From Strigamia acuminata (taxonomy: Eukaryota): a stretch of DNA of 64,000 bases. Shown in pieces: positions 58,438-64,000 of this stretch; position 1 is the first letter of the stretch, and each line of letters begins with the position of its first letter. Under the pieces are notes generated by a model that worked only from the letters and a program-made list of their open reading frames with translations, had not been told where the DNA came from and did not search any database. Made by a program: the position numbers and the translations under genes. The stretch lies in the NCBI GenBank assembly GCA_949358305.1, contig OX442314.1, forward strand, positions 3,038,001 to 3,102,000. Reading direction: 5' to 3'.

Positions 58438-61400
58438 CTTGAATGACTTATTCCAGTGGCAAAATAAGTCATGTGATCAGCCAGGATTGGAGGAATTTTT
58501 CCATCAGCCACTTATTGATAAGTCACGATTGGAGTGACTTATCAATAAGCCACTTATTGCAATTAAATTATCATTTCAGTGATGTAAATTACATCATTTC
58601 CTGTAGCTGGTAAGTCATTTCAGCCACATCAGTCAAATAATTATTCACTTTGTATGGAGTTTAGCCAAATGACTTAAATGAATTATTGATAATTCAGATT
58701 ATGATAAGTCAAATTTGGATTTTAACTTTGAATGCACCTATTGAAATTTTATGCAATGGCTACGCTTGTAACCACTGTAATAGGGCTTCTGGTTGCGTAC
58801 TGGCCTGCAAATGGGTCTGCCTGTTCCATCTATAAACCCAACTACATTGGGCATACAACCACCTTGAGCTCCAATTGCCTTCAAATAAAAAATTAAATTA
58901 AAAATTGATCTTTTTACCGGTATATTAAATGAAAATACACACATCTGCATAAAGTTGTAGGTGATTGTGGCTGAGCCAAGAGTGTTGTGTACTGCTCAGC
59001 AAAAAATCAAACTTGTTTGATATATGGTTTAACATTGCATAAAATATTCTGCAAAGTGATGTTTCGCTTCTTTTAAACAGCTTGACAAGATCAAACCATC
59101 TTGCAGGTGTTGATAAGCGCCGTAGTAAAACACAGAGTGCTTCAGTACCTACCAAGATAAACATAATTTGATAAACACCAATCACAAAGTTTACATTAAT
59201 TCTTGTTCTCACCTAAGAAATGATGCCCTTCATGGCTTAAAAAGTCATTGGGAATGCCCATAGCATCTCTTAGTCTTACAAACTGCACTTTAGTAAAACG
59301 AAAATGCAGCTTAAATTCACGATCAGAAAATTGTGAAATTGTGAAATTAGGTTGTATGCTGTATTTCCTTTTTTTTTTATCCAACTTGAATATTTCAAGA
59401 TAATCAAAATATTCTTGGAATTCAATAATCCCATTAGCATATAAAAATGCTATATCTTGTTCTGTAAATTTCAATAATTAGATTTATGATTTTGGACTTC
59501 TAACATTTGTTTACCTGTCCACCCAGTTGCCATTTCGATAGTATGACATCACAAATTTAATTTAGGAACACTTTAACAGCGATCACATGACTAATGATTA
59601 ATGACTAATTGTTACAACAGATGTCACTTTTAACTTTTATATGTAAAAGTTATAAGTTACAAAAAAGTGCAATCGCAAAATGAATGAACTTATAACTTAT
59701 AACTTATAACTTATAACTTATAGCTCATAAATCTATAAGTTATAAGTTATAAGTTATACTTATAAAAAGTAAAATCGCAAAACCTCTAATAAATATCGGA
59801 ATAAATAAACGAATATAATAAAACAAAATATCATAATGTGATTCTATATCACATCGACACACATATCATTTGGTTCCTTAGACCAACAATTCCCCCTTTC
59901 GATGGAAATAGAATCAGGGGAAAAGAAATACGGTTACTGGAATTACAGTAGATAATCGAAAATAAACAATAAAGTCGAATCGCCGAGCCGGGTACTGTTA
60001 TTGAAAACGCCACGTAGGCCCGAATATTCCCGCAGAAACTTGGCGATCCTCGAAGTCGGGTAAATAACCAAAGAATGTCACGATAAAGTCTAAAGTCGGA
60101 ACACACGAGAGATCAACGACTGAAGACGCTCTGAACTGAGCCACTTAGTGAATATGTCCGCGACGTTGTGCTCGCTGGACACTTTTCGGAGATCAAAACA
60201 GCCTGCCGTATACCATTCCCTAAGCCAGTGATACTTGACGCGGATATGCTTCGTCTTCGAGTTTTCCACGTCGTTAGATGTGAATTGTATGCTGGCTAGG
60301 GCATCGGAGTAAATAATCGGACGAGACAGACGGTTAAGAATCGGGAATTCGGTGAAGATGTTATCGAGCTAAAAGGTTTCCTTCACGCATTCAACTAGGG
60401 CGAGAAATTCGGCTTCCATAGTTGAACACGCGACAGTCGATTGTTTTCGACACGACCAGCCAATTGGCACGTTCCCGATATACGTTATGTAGCCGCCGAA
60501 ACTTAAAGAAGTCGCCAAATCGCTAGCCCACGATGCATCCGTGTACGCCCATAATTGGCTTGACACACAATTCGAAAGTTCGATACGGTAATCAACAGTA
60601 TTTGCCACGTACTGGAGAACTTGGAGGAGCGCACGGATGTGGGTGTTATCGTAGCAAGTGTTGAACTGCGAAAGCGAGATGACGGAAAATAAGATGTCGG
60701 GGCGTGTTCTCGATGCCAGGAAGAGTAATGACCCAATAAGTGAGCGGTAAGGAAAATCGATCAGGTCTTCTGTCGATGCTCGAGCTAATGTGGTTCCGAG
60801 TGTCACTGGCACCTTAACGAGTCGATTGGTCGATGTTCCATATTTCTGCACGAGTTTAGCGATGTATGCACGTTGAGAAATGTAAGTGCGTCCCAATTCG
60901 CGAATAAACTCAACACCTAACAGTTTGGTAATTGGGCCGAGGTTGACTATGTCGAATTTCGAGGTAATAAGTCGAATAATCCGGTCCAAAACACTGTCGG
61001 CTGCGTAGAAAAGAACAATGTCATCGACGTAGACTAGCATAACTGCGCAATTGCCGTAGATGTACACGCAGTTGCATGCGGGCATTTTCCGGAATCCGAG
61101 GGCTCGAAGTGCTTCGTCCAGTTTCAAATACCACTGTCGGCCAGACTGGTGGAGTCCGTAAAGAGATTTCACGAGTAACCAAACGTTGTCGGGGTGGTTA
61201 CAGGTGGCACCTGCCGGGATGCGCATGTAGACCTTGTGCTCCAGGTCCCCGTACAGGTATGCACATTTGACGTCGAGATGTGCGTCTTTCCATCCTCGTA
61301 GCACTACCAAAAGGCAAAAGAATAGACGAATGAGGACGAAATTTACTACTGGACTAAAGACTTCGTCGTAGTCGATTCCGAAGGTTTGGCGAAAGCCTTG

Positions 61401-61523
61401 GGCGACAAGTCGAGCACGATATCGAGTAATCTTGCCGGTCGCATCTGATTTGAGTTTAAAAATCCACTTACAACCCAGGATTGTCGTATTGGGCGGTTTC
61501 GGCACTTCGACATAAATTTCACG

Positions 61524-62349
61524 GGTGTTACGTACCACGCGCGACATGGGTTGGCGCGACATTCGAATTCGCGCCAACCAATCTTGCTGCTGCCGGCAAA
61601 AATCCACAGGCGCGACGTCGCTCTTGCTCATATGCGTGGTATGAACAAGAGCGACATTCCACAAATCTTGCGCTGCAAGATGAATTGGCGCGACATGTCG
61701 CTCTTGCTGATATTGGTGGTATGAAGAAGAGCGACATTGCCCAAACCTTCAAAGATGAATTGGCGCTACATGACTTAAACCGTGTCGGCTCGAGTGCCAA
61801 CCCTTTACAGGACATTTTTTTCGACAAAAAACCAATATTTTGTCAAAGTTTTGCGAAAAACACACAATTGGGATAGAATGTTGTGGTTACAAACCTCAAA
61901 CCATTCGAAAAACCCATAAATATCAACTTTAAAACATTTTTCGTAGAAAATGGAATGATTGGCCGAATTTTTTGACCGCATGGTTCATCGCCATGCGCAA
62001 CAAATTTACCGCAAAACCGACCATTTCTGAGGTAAAAGACCCAGAAAAGTACGGTGTTTAGATTGAAATGAAGTGGCAATTGCCATGCAACCATTTAGGA
62101 ATCTCAAAAAACCAAATTTCGGACATGTCGGGCATGTCGCGCCAACCCATGTTGTGGTTATTTGTTGTGCCGGCGTCGCGCCAACCAATACGTGCGTCGC
62201 GCCAACAAATACGCACGTTATTCGTTGTAGCGACGTCGCCACAACGCATAACCAAAACATGGGTTGGCGCGACAGCGCTACAACGAATGTTGGACGTATC
62301 CACGATCGCGACGTCGCGCCAACCCATGTCGCGCGTGGAATAGCGGCCC
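61524..62349. mobile_element. Non-autonomous DNA element with 9-bp (or 8-bp) TSD inserted in Copia pol
   Basis: AATTTCACG is duplicated at 61515-61523 and 62350-62358; removal restores KEREIYVEVPK. GG termini with inverted CCACGCGCGACATGGGTTGGCGCGAC. Confidence 0.85.
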
Positions 62350-62514
62350 AATTTCACGCTCTTTGAAAGTTCCTAACTCTTCACCGATGGCTTCACGCCA
62401 TTTTGGAGCGTCGTCGAATTTGGGAATTTCCGCATACGATGACGGTTCGGTGCGACAGAGGTGAGCGGCATGTCGAGCTGGAGGAATCAACGGTAGCGTA
62501 TGCTCTATGTTGCC

Positions 62515-62685
62515 GAAAAAGAATAACTCGGGGTCGTAAGGGAGATTGTTCATAATACAGAATTCTTCAACGTCTCTGCGAGAACGAAGTCGAAGGCCGG
62601 GTTCCGGGAAATAATAGACGTCGATGTCTATCGAACCTGGCTGTTGATCTTTGCGTAGATGTTCTTCGCGAATCCATCTACGGAA
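62515..62685 (-). CDS. Methyl-CpG-binding domain (MBD) within Copia Pol, upstream of RT
   Basis: WIREEHLRK....DIDVYYFPEPGLRLRSRRDVEEF...LFFF matches the MBD pattern W.RE...R.....DVYY..P.G..LRS..EV...F.F; in frame with EPSSY and RT. Confidence 0.85.
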
Positions 62686-62836
62686 TACTGTGTTTCCGCC
62701 AACATAACGCCAATAGAATGATGTTTTGCCGGCAGAAGGAGCTGCAACATGTGTTGCGCCAGGAGGCAATGGAGACATTTGCCCCTGATCAAAGATTGGC
62801 ATTGTGTGCTGCAGAATATTTAGACCAGCTTTCTTT

Positions 62837-64000
62837 TGTGGAGTTTTTTGGGTTCGAGACAGAGGACGGGCGACAATACGTCACCAGAGGGCGGGCGGAC
62901 ATGCACAAATATGTCCGATAGACGTTTTTGGGTAAAACAGCCAATCGGGGGCTGTTCCTTGTGGTCAGCCAATCAGGGCTGACCAGTGCGATATATAAAG
63001 AAGAATTGTTTGTTAATAAAGTTACTTGAAGTTAACTAGAGCTTGTAGTTGTGTCTTGGTAATTTCGGGTCAGCTAGTCTCAGCTTTGGGATAGTTTACA
63101 TCAGAAGTGGGATAGATGGACTTTATGCGACGATAAAGTAGACTACAGTAGACGAAAGTAGACGAAAGTAGACGGAAAAGTAGAAGAAAAACGAGAAGAC
63201 GATTGTTTTTGGGCGACGGAAGCGGAATTTGGGTTGGCAAATAACGCGTGGACGGTTCGGGAAACGAGAGACGATTCGCTGGAACACCGCGTGTTACGAA
63301 GGTTAGCCGAATTGCGAGATGGCCGGAGCGAAAACAGGGACGGATGGCGTGTTTAGTGAAGACCAAATGCTAACGCAAATGATGAAAATGATGATGGAAA
63401 TGATGCAGACGATGCAGACGACGCAGAAGAAACCGGAGGAGCTGAAAGAGAAGAAAGAAGTAAAGAACCCGCCGAAGTTACCACGTGTTACGAAGATCAC
63501 GAATGAAAAGATGGTCGAAAGACAAGCGATTTTAGAGGAGATCCAGCGTGGAGAAATTCCAATGTTTGCCGAATGGATGAAGTTGAAAATTCGGGACATA
63601 AAACCATTGTTACAAACTCGTAACATTGTGCCAACGGAGTCGAAATTTGATATGATATGTCAATTGCGACGAGCGATGCGTGCGGAAGCAGGAATCGTAG
63701 AAGAAGAAGAAAGCGAAGACGAAGAAGATGACGAAAATGACGTAGAAGAAACGGTTCGAAATACAGTTGTGACGATCCGAAACAAAGACGCGATCAAGAC
63801 GGATCAGAAAGAGGCGATTGAAACGAATCGGAACGAAGACATGATCGACACAAGTCAAAACAAAGATACGACCGAGACAAATCGAAACGAAGAATCGAGC
63901 GATAAATTGGGCAGCGACGGTGATGTAGTTGAGGACAAGAGTGGCGACGATCTTGGTGCAGAAAGCGAAGTAAATCGAGATGCGAGTTTGAACGAATTTG
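62837..64000 (+). mobile_element. 5' end of an mdg3-like Gypsy inserted in the Copia
   Basis: LTR 62837-63100 (TGTGG..TTACA, CCAAT, TATA, AATAAA); PBS TCAGAAGTGGGAT (tRNA-Leu type) directly adjacent. Confidence 0.75.
63319..64000 (+). CDS. Gag-like ORF N-terminus with a SAP-like motif and acidic tract (runs off window)
   Basis: Open to the window end; WMKLKIRDIKPLLQTRNIVPTESKFDMICQLRRAM resembles the SAP consensus. Confidence 0.6.
   Translation, partial: MAGAKTGTDGVFSEDQMLTQMMKMMMEMMQTMQTTQKKPEELKEKKEVKNPPKLPRVTKITNEKMVERQAILEEIQRGEIPMFAEWMKLKIRDIKPLLQTRNIVPTESKFDMICQLRRAMRAEAGIVEEEESEDEEDDENDVEETVRNTVVTIRNKDAIKTDQKEAIETNRNEDMIDTSQNKDTTETNRNEESSDKLGSDGDVVEDKSGDDLGAESEVNRDASLNEF

Larger units (their letters stand above)
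54370..58739. mobile_element. Harbinger transposon, inner element
   Basis: TIR AGGTGCATTCAAAGT; flanks AAT/ATT; two convergent genes. Confidence 0.9.
53894..59506 (-). pseudogene. DDE transposase of the outer element, split by the inner element
   Basis: Exons ~59506-59213, 59148-58943, 58878-58740, then 54369-53894. HFRF, EALCVLLRRL, GFIDGT, YSGYKR.H.IKFQ | CVT, RHDS, YADQGY, RQSVEWGFG. Confidence 0.88.
51251..59787. mobile_element. PIF/Harbinger-supergroup transposon (Pangu-like), outer element, abutting and probably interrupting the Copia 3' LTR
   Basis: TIR AGAGGTTTTGCGATT, subterminal (TTATAAC)n arrays at both ends, convergent transposase and Myb/SANT-like genes. Confidence 0.88.
59788..62836 (-). 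mobile_element. Ty1/Copia retrotransposon, 3' part (MBD-RT-RNase H, PPT, start of 3' LTR at 59888)
   Basis: GCKWIFKLK, YRARLVAQGF, LYGLHQSGRQW, YVDD, TRPDI, YTDASW, KTKHI, ADIFTK. In-frame TAG at 60371-60369; ORF ends 60090; PPT GAAAGGGGGAA then TGTTGG. Confidence 0.92.

Overview
Animal (very probably arthropod) genomic DNA, AT-rich, with compact genes and ~55-90 nt introns. Positions 1-16 kb hold a dense host-gene block: novel PKC epsilon-type kinase (5' part), an aldo-keto-reductase-fold protein lacking catalytic residues, a single-RRM lark/RBM4-like gene, adenylosuccinate synthetase, and an in-frame RNF216 derivative that has lost its whole RBR module. The larger introns are filled with 20/21-bp A/T-tract minisatellites. 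From ~16 kb the window is a nest of gene fragments (RNF216 IBR/RING2 relic, SPRTN split by an LTR element, DEG/ENaC pseudogene, Nup54 exons) and transposons. These are an intact young Mag-type Gypsy, a 5'-truncated BEL/Pao, a solo LTR, a 15-kb Gypsy with 1.7-kb LTRs and an extra non-env Cys-rich ORF, a foldback carrying two convergent tRNA-derived Pol III units, two nested PIF/Harbinger-group transposons, several MITEs, a Copia encoding a methyl-CpG-binding domain, and the start of an mdg3-like Gypsy. All family assignments come from motif recognition by eye; no database searches were run.
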